Positions 9,532 through 19,835 of a stretch of DNA of 32,000 nt are shown here, piece after piece. Within the stretch, counting starts at the first letter, position 1; each line of letters begins with the position of its first letter. The translations under genes and the position numbers were made by a program. The stretch is taken from positions 30,001-62,000 of the forward strand of contig CAZETV010000002.1 of assembly GCA_964514965.1 (NCBI GenBank). Direction: 5' to 3'. Origin of the DNA: Candidatus Hadarchaeota archaeon (GTDB lineage: Archaea; Hadarchaeota; Hadarchaeia; Hadarchaeales; Hadarchaeaceae). A model generated the notes under the pieces. It had not been told where the DNA came from, did not search any database, and saw nothing but the letters and a program-made list of their open reading frames with translations.

Positions 9532-9599
9532 ACTAGCGAAAACGAGATTTAAAGAATTAATAAAATAGTACACGAAACAAAGAGGGGTGAGTTATTGGT

Positions 9600-11117
9600 A
9601 TGGGTGTAAGCTTGAAGGTTTCTAACATCCAAGAGATTGAGAAATTTGTTAATGAGTCCGGCAGGCCCTGCTTATTTCCGATAGTTGCAACCATCAAAGG
9701 TTGCGCCAATCCCGCGAGGGCCTATTTTAACACTAGAAACAACTGCCTTTCCTACTTGCTTGAGTCAGCTGAAGGCACAGGCAAGCGGGCAAGGTACAGC
9801 TTCATTGGAACTGACCCGCTCCTTACACTGAAGGTAAAGAATAGGCAGTTGAAGCTTGCAGGAAATACGCAGCTAAAGGAGATGGCCAAGAGGAACATTA
9901 GGAAGAAAGGTCAAGACATGGACTCAATCGAAATTGTGAAAAGGGCTTTTTTGGTGGGCCAGTTATCGGTACCGATGATTAATTACCCACGATTTATCTG
10001 TGGACCTGTAGGTTACTTCGCTTACGATGCGATTAGGCGTCTCTTTGATATTGGGAAAAGGGCGAGCGATGACTCGCGACATCCCGATGCTGAGTTTATG
10101 CTCGCTAAAAATACAATCGTGTTTGACCATGTGGAGAAAAAGACGTTTGTTTGCTCCAACGCTTTAATCTCGGAAAATTCGGACCCGAAGGTGGTGTATG
10201 CAGACTCATTAAATGAGATTAAAAATAAATTGAAGCAGCTCAATGAAGCGAAACAACTTCCACGCTTGCAGACAGATGTAGATTTGAAGACGTATATGAC
10301 ATCAAACATGACTCGGGACGAATTCATAGCTGCCGTTAAGCAAGTCCAAGAGTATATCGATTCAAGCGATTTGTTGCAACTCGTGCTCTCAAGACGAATG
10401 GAAACTAAGTTAAAAGAGGATCCCTACTCGGTATACCTCACCCTCCAGAAGATAAATCCGTCGCCGTACATGTACTATTTAAACTTTGGACGGCGGAAGA
10501 TAATCGGTTCCAGTCCCGAAACATTGGTCAAGGTCGAGAAAGGGGAGGTCATGACTAGACCAATAGGCGGGACTAGGCGTCGGGGACGAAGTTTTAAAGA
10601 GGACAGGAAAATCAGGCGAGAGTTATTAAAGGATAGAAAAGAACGCGAGGAGCACATGATGCTCGTACATCTGGGCCGTGAAGACATAAGCAAAGTCGCA
10701 AAAGTGGGTTCAGTGAAAGTCAAAAATTTAATGACAATAGATAAGTACAGTTATGTTATGCACATAGTTTCTACCGTAGTCGGAGCGCTAAGGGATGACA
10801 AAGACGAGTTTGATGCGCTAAGAGCCAATTTCCCTGCTGGCACGGTGGTTGGTGACCCGAGATTCAGAGCGATGGAGATTATTGAAAAACTCGAGCCGAC
10901 GCGTAGGGGGATATACGCTGGTGGAGTTGGCTATTTTGATTACAGGCACAATATGGACTTCGCAATCGCTATCCGGACTATTGTTGTCGAGAATGGTAAA
11001 GCATATGCACAGGTTGGAGCCGGGGTCGTATCTAGATCCGTGCCCGAGTTGGAATTCTACGAGACTGAAAACAAGGGACGGGCGCTCCTCAAAGCAATAA
11101 GTATCGCGAAGGCGTAA
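9600..11117 (+). CDS. trpE: Anthranilate synthase component I
   Basis: 505-aa ORF with chorismate-binding family motifs (GSSPETLVKV, PIGGTRRRG, GIYAGGVGYF, AIRT). GAGGGGTGA Shine-Dalgarno upstream. First gene of the trp cluster. Confidence 0.95.
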   Translation: MGVSLKVSNIQEIEKFVNESGRPCLFPIVATIKGCANPARAYFNTRNNCLSYLLESAEGTGKRARYSFIGTDPLLTLKVKNRQLKLAGNTQLKEMAKRNIRKKGQDMDSIEIVKRAFLVGQLSVPMINYPRFICGPVGYFAYDAIRRLFDIGKRASDDSRHPDAEFMLAKNTIVFDHVEKKTFVCSNALISENSDPKVVYADSLNEIKNKLKQLNEAKQLPRLQTDVDLKTYMTSNMTRDEFIAAVKQVQEYIDSSDLLQLVLSRRMETKLKEDPYSVYLTLQKINPSPYMYYLNFGRRKIIGSSPETLVKVEKGEVMTRPIGGTRRRGRSFKEDRKIRRELLKDRKEREEHMMLVHLGREDISKVAKVGSVKVKNLMTIDKYSYVMHIVSTVVGALRDDKDEFDALRANFPAGTVVGDPRFRAMEIIEKLEPTRRGIYAGGVGYFDYRHNMDFAIAIRTIVVENGKAYAQVGAGVVSRSVPELEFYETENKGRALLKAISIAKA

Positions 11118-11118
11118 A

Positions 11119-12186
11119 GTGGGCGATAAATTGGAGATCATGAAACACGCCATATCTAAAGTGGTAAGCGGAGAAGATTTGACCGAAGCTGAAGCAGAGA
11201 CGACAATGAAGCGCATTATGTCAGGTGAAGCGACTCAGACACAGATAAGCTCATTTCTAACTGCGCTTCGCATGAAGAGTGAAACGATTGAGGAGATTGC
11301 AGCGTTCGCTAGGGTTATGCGTGAGTTCGCGGCTCGGATAACCCCCAAGGTGGACGACATCTTGGTCGATACCTGCGGCACTGGTGGTGATAAAGTTAAA
11401 ACATTCAACATAAGCACAGCTGCGATGTTTGCCGCTGCGGGAGCAGGAATTAAAATAGCCAAGCACGGCAACCGCTCGGTGACTAGCAAGGCCGGTAGTG
11501 CCGATGTTGTTGAAGCCATGGGGATACCGATAAACCTCCTGCCAGGCGAGGTACAACGTTGCATCGAGAAGATTGGAGTAGGTTTCATGTTTGCTCCACG
11601 ATTTCATAGTGCTATGAAGTACGCGATAGGTCCACGCCGGGAGATGGGCATTCGAACTATTTTTAACCTTCTTGGCCCTCTGACAAACCCTGCGAACGCC
11701 CAGGGGCAGGTTGTTGGGGTTTATGATGGGATGCTGACCGAGAAGCTCGCTCAGGTACTCGCGCGCCTAGGCTGCAAGCGAGCAATGGTTGTTTACGGCT
11801 TAGACGGGATAGACGAGATATCTACCTTAGGGGAGACAAAAATTTCGGAGCTTGAAGACAGCAAAGTGAGTACGTATACAATATCGCCCGAAGAGTTCGG
11901 CCTCGCGCGAACTCGCTCTGAAGCCATTGCAGGGAAGGACTTGGCTGAAAATGCTCGAATGTTGCTTAAGGTACTGCGTGGCGAAAAAGGACCACGGAGA
12001 GACATCGTGTTGTTGAACGCAGCAGCCGCTATCGTTGTGGGGAGTAAGGCTAAAGATTTGCAAGAAGGAATTGCTATCGCTGCAGATGCCATCGATTCCG
12101 GTAGTGCTTACGAAAAACTCGTTCAACTCATCGAAGCGACGAACGGCAACTTGGACAAATTAAAAGCGTTGGAGGCTACGATTTGA
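11119..12186 (+). CDS. trpD: Anthranilate phosphoribosyltransferase
   Basis: 355-aa ORF with DTCGTGGD, KHGNRSVTSKAGSADV and GPLTNPA motifs. GTG start lies 1 nt after the trpE stop. Monofunctional size, so no fused TrpG domain. Confidence 0.95.
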   Translation: MGDKLEIMKHAISKVVSGEDLTEAEAETTMKRIMSGEATQTQISSFLTALRMKSETIEEIAAFARVMREFAARITPKVDDILVDTCGTGGDKVKTFNISTAAMFAAAGAGIKIAKHGNRSVTSKAGSADVVEAMGIPINLLPGEVQRCIEKIGVGFMFAPRFHSAMKYAIGPRREMGIRTIFNLLGPLTNPANAQGQVVGVYDGMLTEKLAQVLARLGCKRAMVVYGLDGIDEISTLGETKISELEDSKVSTYTISPEEFGLARTRSEAIAGKDLAENARMLLKVLRGEKGPRRDIVLLNAAAAIVVGSKAKDLQEGIAIAADAIDSGSAYEKLVQLIEATNGNLDKLKALEATI

Positions 12187-12953
12187 ACATTTTGACGAAA
12201 ATTGTAGAAGACGCTCGAGTCCGCGTCAAGAAGCAGGCAAAAGCCAAGCCAATCTCGAAAATGAAAATCGATAGGTCGCCCAAGCGGAGTCTGCGCAAGG
12301 CTATCGAAAGCGCACCTAAAGTGCCTTTGATTGGGGAGATAAAACGAGCTTCACCTTCAATGGGCGATATCAACCTTGACCTTGATGTGTTTGAAGTTTC
12401 ACGCGCGATGGTTCGGGGAGGAGTCATCGCTATTTCAGTGCTGACGGAGACAAAATATTTCAAAGGCGACTTAAGCTACCTACTAAAGGTACGTAAAGCT
12501 GTCGATGTGCCGGTTCTACGGAAAGATTTCATTGTTGACGAGTACCAGCTATATCAGTCGGTTGAGCTTGGCGCGGACGCAATCTTGTTGATAGCTGGGG
12601 TATTGGGGGAGGACCTCAAACGCTTCATTGATCTAGCGCGCGAGCTTGGGATGGAAAGTTTCGTTGAGGTTGATGAGGCGGAACAGGTGAAATTTGCGTC
12701 TGCCGCTGGCGCTGAACTGATGGGGATAAACAACCGTGACTTAAAAACCATGCAAGTAGACATCACCCGCACGGCTAGACTTGCGCCTCTCGTGCCTGAT
12801 AACGTGGTGCTTGTGAGCGAGAGCGGGATGCACATGCCGAACGATATTAAATTTGTGCTCGATGCTGGCGCTGATGCTGTGCTCGTGGGAACTTCTTTAA
12901 TGAAGTCGGGAAATATTGAACAACAAGCGCGATTGTTCGTGAATGCGAGGTAA
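12183..12953 (+). CDS. trpC: Indole-3-glycerol-phosphate synthase
   Basis: 256-aa ORF with IGEIKRASPS, ISVLTE, KDFIVDEYQ and INNRDL motifs. TTG start overlaps the trpD stop (TTGA). Confidence 0.93.
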   Translation: MNILTKIVEDARVRVKKQAKAKPISKMKIDRSPKRSLRKAIESAPKVPLIGEIKRASPSMGDINLDLDVFEVSRAMVRGGVIAISVLTETKYFKGDLSYLLKVRKAVDVPVLRKDFIVDEYQLYQSVELGADAILLIAGVLGEDLKRFIDLARELGMESFVEVDEAEQVKFASAAGAELMGINNRDLKTMQVDITRTARLAPLVPDNVVLVSESGMHMPNDIKFVLDAGADAVLVGTSLMKSGNIEQQARLFVNAR

Positions 12954-12957
12954 ACTC

Positions 12958-13608
12958 ATGGTGAAGGTCAAAATATGTGGTTTCACAAATACCGAGGACT
13001 TAAGAATTGCCTGTACGCTGGGCGTGGATATGGTCGGAACAATTGTCGAAATACCCAAATCGCCCCGAAGAGTGACGGTTGAGAAGGCAAAACAAATCTT
13101 AGCTGCAGCACCAAAGGGTGTCGATAGAGTTGCAGTGACCATGCCGAAAAATCTAGATGAATTTGAGCGAATAGCGCGGGAGTTGAAGCCTGATTACCTT
13201 CAGTTCCATTTCACTTTTCCAGCAGACGAGCTCCTCAAACTCCGAAAACGTTTTGATATAAAATTTATCTCGGTTATCGCGATATCTCAAAAAGTCGAGG
13301 GCCATCAGGAGATTATGAGTCGGGCTATTGAGGCAGCTAAGATAGCCGATTTTTTGTTACTCGATACTAAGGGGCCGAGTGGAGGCGGTACCGGGCTCAC
13401 TCACGATTGGAGCTTAAGCAGCCGAATTCGTGAGGTTGTAGGTAAACCAACGTTTTTGGCAGGAGGACTTAACCCTTCCAATGTTAAAGAAGCGATTAGG
13501 TCAGTGCAGCCTTACGGAGTAGACGTTTCCACAGGAGTCGAGTCTAGTCCGGGCAAAAAAGATGCGAAACTTATGCACGAGTTTATCGTAGTTGCTAAAG
13601 AGGCATAA
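12958..13608 (+). CDS. trpF: Phosphoribosylanthranilate isomerase
   Basis: [11 protein letters not shown]-terminus typical of TrpF; LLDT...GGGTG...DW motif. I prefer ATG 12958 (GAGGT 9 nt upstream, just after the trpC stop) over the track's ATG 12943. Confidence 0.9.
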   Translation: MVKVKICGFTNTEDLRIACTLGVDMVGTIVEIPKSPRRVTVEKAKQILAAAPKGVDRVAVTMPKNLDEFERIARELKPDYLQFHFTFPADELLKLRKRFDIKFISVIAISQKVEGHQEIMSRAIEAAKIADFLLLDTKGPSGGGTGLTHDWSLSSRIREVVGKPTFLAGGLNPSNVKEAIRSVQPYGVDVSTGVESSPGKKDAKLMHEFIVVAKEA

Positions 13609-13609
13609 A

Positions 13610-14800
13610 ATGAAGTACATAAACAAGTTTCCGGTAAAAGGAAAATTTGACGGCTTCGGCGGGCAGTTCGTACCCGAGACGTTGATGCCAGCGTTAGAAG
13701 AACTCGAAGCAGCTTACAAAAAATTGAAGGATGATTCAAAATTCAAACGCGAACTTGATTATTACTTACGAGAGTATGCGGGGCGCCCGACACCGCTATA
13801 CTTCGCGAAAAATTTGTCAACTCTGGTCGGGATGAGAGTTTATCTCAAGCGTGAAGACCTTGCCATGACCGGTGCGCACAAAATCAATAACACGCTAGGT
13901 CAAGCTCTCCTCGCAAAATACATCGGCAAAACCCGCGTAATCGCAGAAACTGGGGCGGGGCAGCACGGGGTCGCTACTGCTACAGCTGCTGCGATGCTCG
14001 GGCTAAAATGTGACGTCTATATGGGCACCTTTGACATGGAGCGCCAAAAGCTCAACGTATTTCGAATGAGGTTGCTTGGGGCAAGAGTAATCCCAGTCAA
14101 GAGTGGTTCGTGCACGCTGAAGGACGCCGTAAATGAGGCCCTCCGTGATTGGACGGCCAATGTCCAAACTACCCATTACCTGTTAGGCTCGGTGGTTGGA
14201 CCCCACCCGTATCCGATGATTGTGCGAGATTTCCAGCGAGTTATTGGAAAGGAGGCTAGAGAACAAATCTTGAACGTCGAAAAACGCTTGCCCGATGCTA
14301 TCGTTGCATGCGTGGGCGGCGGAAGCAACGCGATCGGGATATTCTACGATTTTTTTGACGACCCAGTCGAATTTTATGGTATTGAAGCAGGAGGCAAGGG
14401 GCTTAAAACTGGCAAGCATGCAGCGTCGCTTTGTAGTGGGTCCGAAGGCATACTCCACGGATCCCATAGCTTAGTGATGCAGGATAGATTCGGGCAGATT
14501 TTACCAACTCACAGCATTTCCGCCGGGCTGGATTACCCGGGGGTTGGTCCTGAGCACGCGTTCATGAAACTTCAGGGGCGCGTCTATTACGACAGTGTTA
14601 CAGACGCCGAGGCTATGGACGCGTTTAAATTGCTTTCTGAGACCGAAGGAATTCTGCCAGCACTTGAGTCGGCGCATGCAATCGCCTACTTGAAAAAGAT
14701 GACTTCAAAGTTTAGGGGAAAAGTGGTTATAGTTAATTTATCGGGGCGCGGTGATAAGGATGTAGATACAGCCGCGAAAGAGATGGGGGTCAAATTTTGA
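13610..14800 (+). CDS. trpB: Tryptophan synthase beta chain
   Basis: [28 protein letters not shown] (PLP lysine), GAGQHG and GGGSNAIG motifs. ATG 13610 lies directly after the trpF stop. The track's upstream TTG at 13592 is a less likely start. Confidence 0.95.
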   Translation: MKYINKFPVKGKFDGFGGQFVPETLMPALEELEAAYKKLKDDSKFKRELDYYLREYAGRPTPLYFAKNLSTLVGMRVYLKREDLAMTGAHKINNTLGQALLAKYIGKTRVIAETGAGQHGVATATAAAMLGLKCDVYMGTFDMERQKLNVFRMRLLGARVIPVKSGSCTLKDAVNEALRDWTANVQTTHYLLGSVVGPHPYPMIVRDFQRVIGKEAREQILNVEKRLPDAIVACVGGGSNAIGIFYDFFDDPVEFYGIEAGGKGLKTGKHAASLCSGSEGILHGSHSLVMQDRFGQILPTHSISAGLDYPGVGPEHAFMKLQGRVYYDSVTDAEAMDAFKLLSETEGILPALESAHAIAYLKKMTSKFRGKVVIVNLSGRGDKDVDTAAKEMGVKF

Positions 14801-15603
14801 GCCGAATCAGTGCGAAGTTTGAGAAACTTAAGAGCAAAAGTGAAGGCGCGCTGATCGCATTTGTGACTGCAGGATATCCTAAGCCTGAGCTGACTCCACA
14901 AATAGTTCAGACGCTTGCTAGACACGCCGATATCATTGAACTTGGGATCCCCTTTTCTGATCCAATCGCAGATGGCCCCACGATTCAAGGGGCGACCGAC
15001 AGAGCATTGAAAGCTGGCACGACTCCCGAAACTGTGCGTGAGATAATCAGTCAAATTCGTCGCACGAGCGAGGTTCCGCTGGTTGTGTTGACTTATTACA
15101 ACATAGTGTTCAAATGGGGCGTCGATAAGTTTGTGCGGGATTTTACAGCCGCGGGGATGGATGGGATTATAATTCCGGACTTACCTGCGGAGGAAGCGAG
15201 CGAAGTTCTGGAAGCGGCGAGAAAGTACGGAGCCGATTTGATCTTCTTGGTCACGCCCACTACAACTCCCGAGCGCCTTAAACACATTTGTGATTTATCG
15301 GATGGTTTTCTTTATGTTGTTTCTCTGCTTGGGGTGACTGGTGCCCGAGAACAACTTTCCGATTTAGTAAAACCATTGATAGCAGATGTTCGAAAAATCT
15401 CACGAGTGCCGATTGCTGTTGGATTTGGGATATCAAATCCTGAACATGTTAAAGGAGTCATAATGGCCGGGGCAGATGGAGCAATAGTCGGTAGTGCATT
15501 CATTAACCTGATCACCAAAAATCTGAAAGACCCACAAAAAATATCACTGGAACTCGACCAGTTTGGAAAAATCTTGAAAGCGGCCACACGTTTAGCTCAT
15601 TGA
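14797..15603 (+). CDS. trpA: Tryptophan synthase alpha chain
   Basis: 268-aa ORF with [27 protein letters not shown] and VGFGIS motifs. TTG start overlaps the trpB stop. Confidence 0.93.
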   Translation: MSRISAKFEKLKSKSEGALIAFVTAGYPKPELTPQIVQTLARHADIIELGIPFSDPIADGPTIQGATDRALKAGTTPETVREIISQIRRTSEVPLVVLTYYNIVFKWGVDKFVRDFTAAGMDGIIIPDLPAEEASEVLEAARKYGADLIFLVTPTTTPERLKHICDLSDGFLYVVSLLGVTGAREQLSDLVKPLIADVRKISRVPIAVGFGISNPEHVKGVIMAGADGAIVGSAFINLITKNLKDPQKISLELDQFGKILKAATRLAH

Positions 15604-15676
15604 CCTTGGTGAACCCTTGTTTTAAATCTGGAGAATATTTAAATCCGAAGAGTTGCAAATAGAACCTCTTGACAGC

Positions 15677-17209
15677 ATGAGGTACTTAAAATTGAATGCT
15701 AAGCCGCTCGACATGGAAACCGGGCGGAAAATCGTCGTGCTTCACGAACAGGATGCAGAAGAACTCGGACATCTTGCAGGCGACCGTGTGAAATTGACTA
15801 ATCCAAAAGCCACATTGATCGCCATAGCCGATTCGACGAAAAGAATGGTTCAGCGGGGAGAGATTGGGACTTTCATCGAAATCACTGAGGCCCTCAATCT
15901 CAAGCCCGGAGATGTTCTCTCTGTCACGCTTGCCCCCAATCCACAATCGGTTGATTTCATTAGAAAAAAAATAGAAGGAGAGCAACTAGCAGCCGAGGAA
16001 GTCTACACAGTGGTTGATGATATAGTTGCGGGCAAGCTAAACTCGATAGAGACGGCGGCATTCGTCGTTGCAGAGCACATCCGTGGGATGACAACAAATG
16101 AAATCGTTGCATTGACGCAGCGAATGATTAGCACTGGCGATAAACTAGAACTCGACATCACTCCAGTGTTTGATGTTCACAGTATAGGGGGCGTTCCAGG
16201 CAACAAGTATGCTTTGATCACCGTCCCGATTGTGGCCGCTGCAGGCTTGACGGTGCCTAAGACAAGTAGTCGGTCGATAACCAGCGCAGCAGGAACAGCT
16301 GATGTGATGAACGTTCTCGCTAACGTGACACTCGATTTAGATGAGATAAAACGGATTATCGAACAGATCGGCGCGGTCTTGGTATGGGGCGGCGCGGTTA
16401 AGCTGGCCCCGGCAGACGATATTATAATCAATACAGAGCGGATGCTCGGGCTGGACCCCCGCTGCCAATTGCTCGCTAGCGTGATGTCAAAGAAACTGGC
16501 AGCAGGAGTCGACCACATATTAATTGACATTCCGACCGGAGCTGGCGCAAAGGTTAAAGACGTAAATCAAGCACGAAGCTTGGCACATGATTTTATTGAA
16601 CTGGGGCGCCGGCTCGATGTCCAAGTTGAGGCAGCGGTAACTTATGGTGGCCAGCCCGTGGGCTACGCGGTCGGCCCCGCTCTCGAGGCTAAGGAGGCGC
16701 TTGAAACCTTACTCGGCAACGGACCAAGTAGCTTGGTAGAAAAAGCAACGAGTTTGGCAGGAATAATGCTCGAGCTCGGTAGAGCAGCTAGTCCCAGCAT
16801 GGGGCAACAGATGGCGCTTGATATTTTGAAATCTGGCAAGGCGTACAAAAAGATGTGTGAGATTATCGAGGCTCAGGGGGGCAATTCAAAGGTCAAGCCA
16901 GAGGAAATTCCGATTGGAGATAAGAAGGAGGTATTGCTCGCCCCTTCTACAGGATACGTGACACAAATCGATAATAAACGAATAAATGAAGTAGCCCGCG
17001 CTGCAGGCGCTCCGCGCAACAGGGGCGCCGGCTTGAGGGTTATCCTTAAGGAAGGGCGAAGAGTCAATAAGGATGAGCCACTTCTGGAAATTTACGCGGA
17101 GCACGAAACGAAGCTTGACGAGGCTTTAGCGATTGCTAAGCGGCGACCGCCAATAAAAATAGAGGGTATGTTGTTGGAAAAAATGTCGCACCGCCCCCAC
17201 ATGGAATGA
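15677..17209 (+). CDS. deoA: AMP phosphorylase (archaeal DeoA-type, nucleoside phosphorylase II/TrpD superfamily)
   Basis: Carries the N-terminal extra domain (LDMETGRKIVVLHEQDAEELG). Long stretches match my recollection of the Thermococcus AMP phosphorylase (DVHSIGGVPGNK, PKTSSRSITSAAGTADV, WGGAVKLAPADD, IDIPTGAGAKV, TYGGQPVG). ATG 15677 is preferred over the track's TTG 15653. Two TTTAAATC boxes lie at 15620-15642. Confidence 0.9.
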   Translation: MRYLKLNAKPLDMETGRKIVVLHEQDAEELGHLAGDRVKLTNPKATLIAIADSTKRMVQRGEIGTFIEITEALNLKPGDVLSVTLAPNPQSVDFIRKKIEGEQLAAEEVYTVVDDIVAGKLNSIETAAFVVAEHIRGMTTNEIVALTQRMISTGDKLELDITPVFDVHSIGGVPGNKYALITVPIVAAAGLTVPKTSSRSITSAAGTADVMNVLANVTLDLDEIKRIIEQIGAVLVWGGAVKLAPADDIIINTERMLGLDPRCQLLASVMSKKLAAGVDHILIDIPTGAGAKVKDVNQARSLAHDFIELGRRLDVQVEAAVTYGGQPVGYAVGPALEAKEALETLLGNGPSSLVEKATSLAGIMLELGRAASPSMGQQMALDILKSGKAYKKMCEIIEAQGGNSKVKPEEIPIGDKKEVLLAPSTGYVTQIDNKRINEVARAAGAPRNRGAGLRVILKEGRRVNKDEPLLEIYAEHETKLDEALAIAKRRPPIKIEGMLLEKMSHRPHME

Positions 17210-17285
17210 AATTACACTCTCAACCCGTACACGTTGTCGAAAAATATGGGGCAGCGCTTGCAGTTTCATGTGCTTATGTTACCGT

Positions 17286-18926
17286 TTACTCCTCGCCCAT
17301 CCCCATTTCTCCAGGAGAGGGCCCTCCCGGTGACGGCATCTCTTTCTTGGATGCAGATATCACATCGTCAATCCGGAGAATCATTATCGCAGCTTCACTT
17401 GCCGATTTTATCGCTTGGGTCTTTGTGCGTAGAGGTTCGATAACCCCCAGTTTCATCATATCCGTTACTTCACCTTTGTAGACTTCAATCCCGAAGGTTT
17501 TCCCCTTAGAGCCTTCATGCTTGGCGCGTAACTCCACAAGCATATCTATGCTATCCAGTCCTGCATTCTCTGCTAAGGTTCGTGGAATTGCTTCTACGGA
17601 ACTTGCAAATCCATTGACAGCAAGTGCTTCGCGTCCACCAACAGTTTCCGCGTACTCTCTTAATCGCTTGGCTAATTCAATCTCGGGCGCTCCACCGCCA
17701 GTGACACTCTTGCCATCTTCGATTGCTGAAGCGACTACGCTGATTGCATCGTGTACAGCACGCTCAATCTCGTCGACTACGTGTTCGGTGCCACCGCGCA
17801 CTAACAGACTTACAGCTTTCGGGTTCTTACAGCCCTCCACGAAGGTCATCTTGTCATCACCTATCTTCCGTTCCTCGATTAACCCAGCTTTGCCGAGGTC
17901 AGTGCTGGTTAGATCCTCGATGGTTGTGACGACTTTGCCTCCCGTGGCGCGGGCTAATTTCTCCATATCCGATTTTTTGGTCCGCCGGGTTGCGTAAATA
18001 CCAACCTTCGAGAGGTAGTGCTGTGCAATGTCATCAATTCCTTTCTGGCATATAACGACGTTCGCGCCACTGGCAACGATTTGATCGACCATCTTTTTAA
18101 GCATGCTCTCTTCCTCATCCAAAAACGCGCGGAGCTGGTCAGGCCTATTGACTCTGATTTCGGTATCGGTTTCGGTCTTTTTTACTTCAAGAGCACAGTC
18201 AAGCAAAGCGATATTGGCATTTTTCACCTGTTTTGGCATCCCCGGATGGACGCGCTCCTTATCAAGAATAACCCCTTGGACAAGCTGAGAATCTTCAGTG
18301 CTCTCTCCGGGCTTCTTCTCAATACCGATGTAATCTATGTCAATTTTGTACCTTCCATCCGTTTTGTCCGCTATTTGCTTCACAGCGCTTACAGCGAGGC
18401 TGGCGAGTTTCTCTTTCGCGCTCTCCGCTTTCTTCCCGGTCATTGCGGTCATCGCCATCTGCTTGAGAAGCTCTTCCTTTTCAAAAGTCACCTCATCGGC
18501 GAGTTCATTCAATATCTCTTGGGATTTATCAGCGGCCATTCTATATCCGGCGGCGATTACCGTTGGGTGGATGGCTTGGTCAAGCAAGCGCTCTGCTTCG
18601 CGCAAGAGTTCGCCAGCAATTATCACAGCGGTAGTTGTTCCATCCCCAACTTCATCGTCCTGCGTTTTCGCCACTTCGACTATCATTTTCGCTGCCGGAT
18701 GTTCGACTTCCATCTCCTTAAGAATCGTAACACCGTCGTTTGTAATAACAACATCACCTAAACTATCAACTAACATTTTATCCATTCCCCGTGGGCCAAG
18801 CGTCGTGCGGACCGCTTCAGTTATCACGCGAGCCGCCATAATGTTCATGCGCTGGGCATCACGGCCAATCACCCTTCGTGCACCTTCAGGTAGCACGATG
18901 ACAGGTTTACCTCCTAGTGTACTCAT
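17286..18926 (-). CDS. ths: Thermosome subunit (group II chaperonin)
   Basis: 546-aa ORF with [29 protein letters not shown] and VTGGGAPE motifs, and a Gly/Met-rich C-terminal tail. GGTGA Shine-Dalgarno and a TATA box lie upstream. Confidence 0.97.
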   Translation of the reverse strand: MSTLGGKPVIVLPEGARRVIGRDAQRMNIMAARVITEAVRTTLGPRGMDKMLVDSLGDVVITNDGVTILKEMEVEHPAAKMIVEVAKTQDDEVGDGTTTAVIIAGELLREAERLLDQAIHPTVIAAGYRMAADKSQEILNELADEVTFEKEELLKQMAMTAMTGKKAESAKEKLASLAVSAVKQIADKTDGRYKIDIDYIGIEKKPGESTEDSQLVQGVILDKERVHPGMPKQVKNANIALLDCALEVKKTETDTEIRVNRPDQLRAFLDEEESMLKKMVDQIVASGANVVICQKGIDDIAQHYLSKVGIYATRRTKKSDMEKLARATGGKVVTTIEDLTSTDLGKAGLIEERKIGDDKMTFVEGCKNPKAVSLLVRGGTEHVVDEIERAVHDAISVVASAIEDGKSVTGGGAPEIELAKRLREYAETVGGREALAVNGFASSVEAIPRTLAENAGLDSIDMLVELRAKHEGSKGKTFGIEVYKGEVTDMMKLGVIEPLRTKTQAIKSASEAAIMILRIDDVISASKKEMPSPGGPSPGEMGMGEE

Positions 18927-18961
18927 TCAATCACCTATTGAATCCTTGAGATTGCTTTTTA

Positions 18962-18969
18962 CTTATAAA
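18962..18969 (-). promoter_or_regulatory. TATA box of the thermosome promoter
   Basis: The minus strand reads TTTATAAG, centred about 40 nt upstream of the ATG (18926). The AGGTGA Shine-Dalgarno at 18931-18936 would fall in a short leader. Confidence 0.45.
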
Positions 18970-19209
18970 TTTAACTCAGCTGTATCCTTATGTAACTTTG
19001 CTAGTCGGATACTTGTAATTTGAGATTTGGCACCAAGTTATTATTCACTAAACAAAAATGAGTAAGGTGATTGAGCGTCCGAACTAGAATTCATACCCGT
19101 TGTAATCGTTCTCGCAGCGGTTTGCATAGCCAACTACACGGACCTACGGAAGCGAATAATACCCAACCGGCTCACGTTTCCGCTCATAGGAATTGGCATC
19201 GTTTTTTAC

Positions 19210-19824
19210 GTGCTACTCGGTATTTGGCGCTGGGACTTCTGGACAGCTATATCTGGGGCGCTTGGGGCCGCAATAGCATTTGTAATCGGCTACTTGATGT
19301 GGCGCATAGGTGGCTGGGCCGGGGGTGATGTAAAGCTCTACACGGCTTTAGGGGCTCTGCTGCCATTCTATCCTGCACCATATGTCGAAAACGTGCCCTA
19401 CCCATTCCCCATCACGATATTGTTTAACTCGGTCATCGCCATCTTGCCGATTCTGCTCGTTTACGCTGCAATCTGTCGCATTCGCGGACGAGGCATGCTC
19501 TATGAACAAGTCAAAATCACTGAACTCAAAGAGGGCATGATTCCTGCCGAGACAATTTACGAGAAAGACGGTAAAGTCAGGCGCGGGAGCTCAAAATTTG
19601 GGCTGAAACTAAATTACGATCGCCTTTATACTAACCCTAGGCGGGCAGCTGGTCTCACGCGTTATCAAGTCGGGGCGCTTAAGCGTCTGGTTCGTGAACG
19701 AAAACTGAAGAACTATATAAAACTCAAAAAAGGTATACCATTCGCCCCCGCACTCGGATTGGGTGTGTTCATCGCTATTTTCTACGGCGATTTATACTGG
19801 GGATTGATACGCAGTCTTATTTGA
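19210..19824 (+). CDS. A24-family prepilin/preflagellin signal peptidase (FlaK/PibD-like). The listed start is only the first canonical start codon; the true N-terminus lies upstream.
   Basis: GGWAGGDVKLYTALG is the second catalytic-Asp motif. A cytosolic insert lies between TM helices, as in FlaK. The same frame is open back to 19075 and encodes LEFIPVVIVLAAVCIANYTDLRKRIIPN, which holds the first catalytic Asp at 19141-19143. No ATG/GTG/TTG occurs there (see findings). Confidence 0.8.
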   Translation: MLLGIWRWDFWTAISGALGAAIAFVIGYLMWRIGGWAGGDVKLYTALGALLPFYPAPYVENVPYPFPITILFNSVIAILPILLVYAAICRIRGRGMLYEQVKITELKEGMIPAETIYEKDGKVRRGSSKFGLKLNYDRLYTNPRRAAGLTRYQVGALKRLVRERKLKNYIKLKKGIPFAPALGLGVFIAIFYGDLYWGLIRSLI

Positions 19825-19835
19825 AAAATCATGTT

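Noticed and set aside
10022-17104. Antisense ORFs inside the trp genes and the AMP phosphorylase gene (e.g. 10818-11216, 11235-11607, 11793-12126, 14686-15054, 16177-16530)
   Set aside because: They sit opposite tightly packed, overlapping trp genes with strong homology signatures. They have no independent signals.
17521-19023. Long plus-strand ORFs (158, 247 and 228 aa) across the thermosome locus
   Set aside because: They lie antisense to, and entirely within, a high-confidence thermosome gene. Their translations are low-complexity (Ser/Ala/Ile/Leu-rich) shadow frames without start-site signals.
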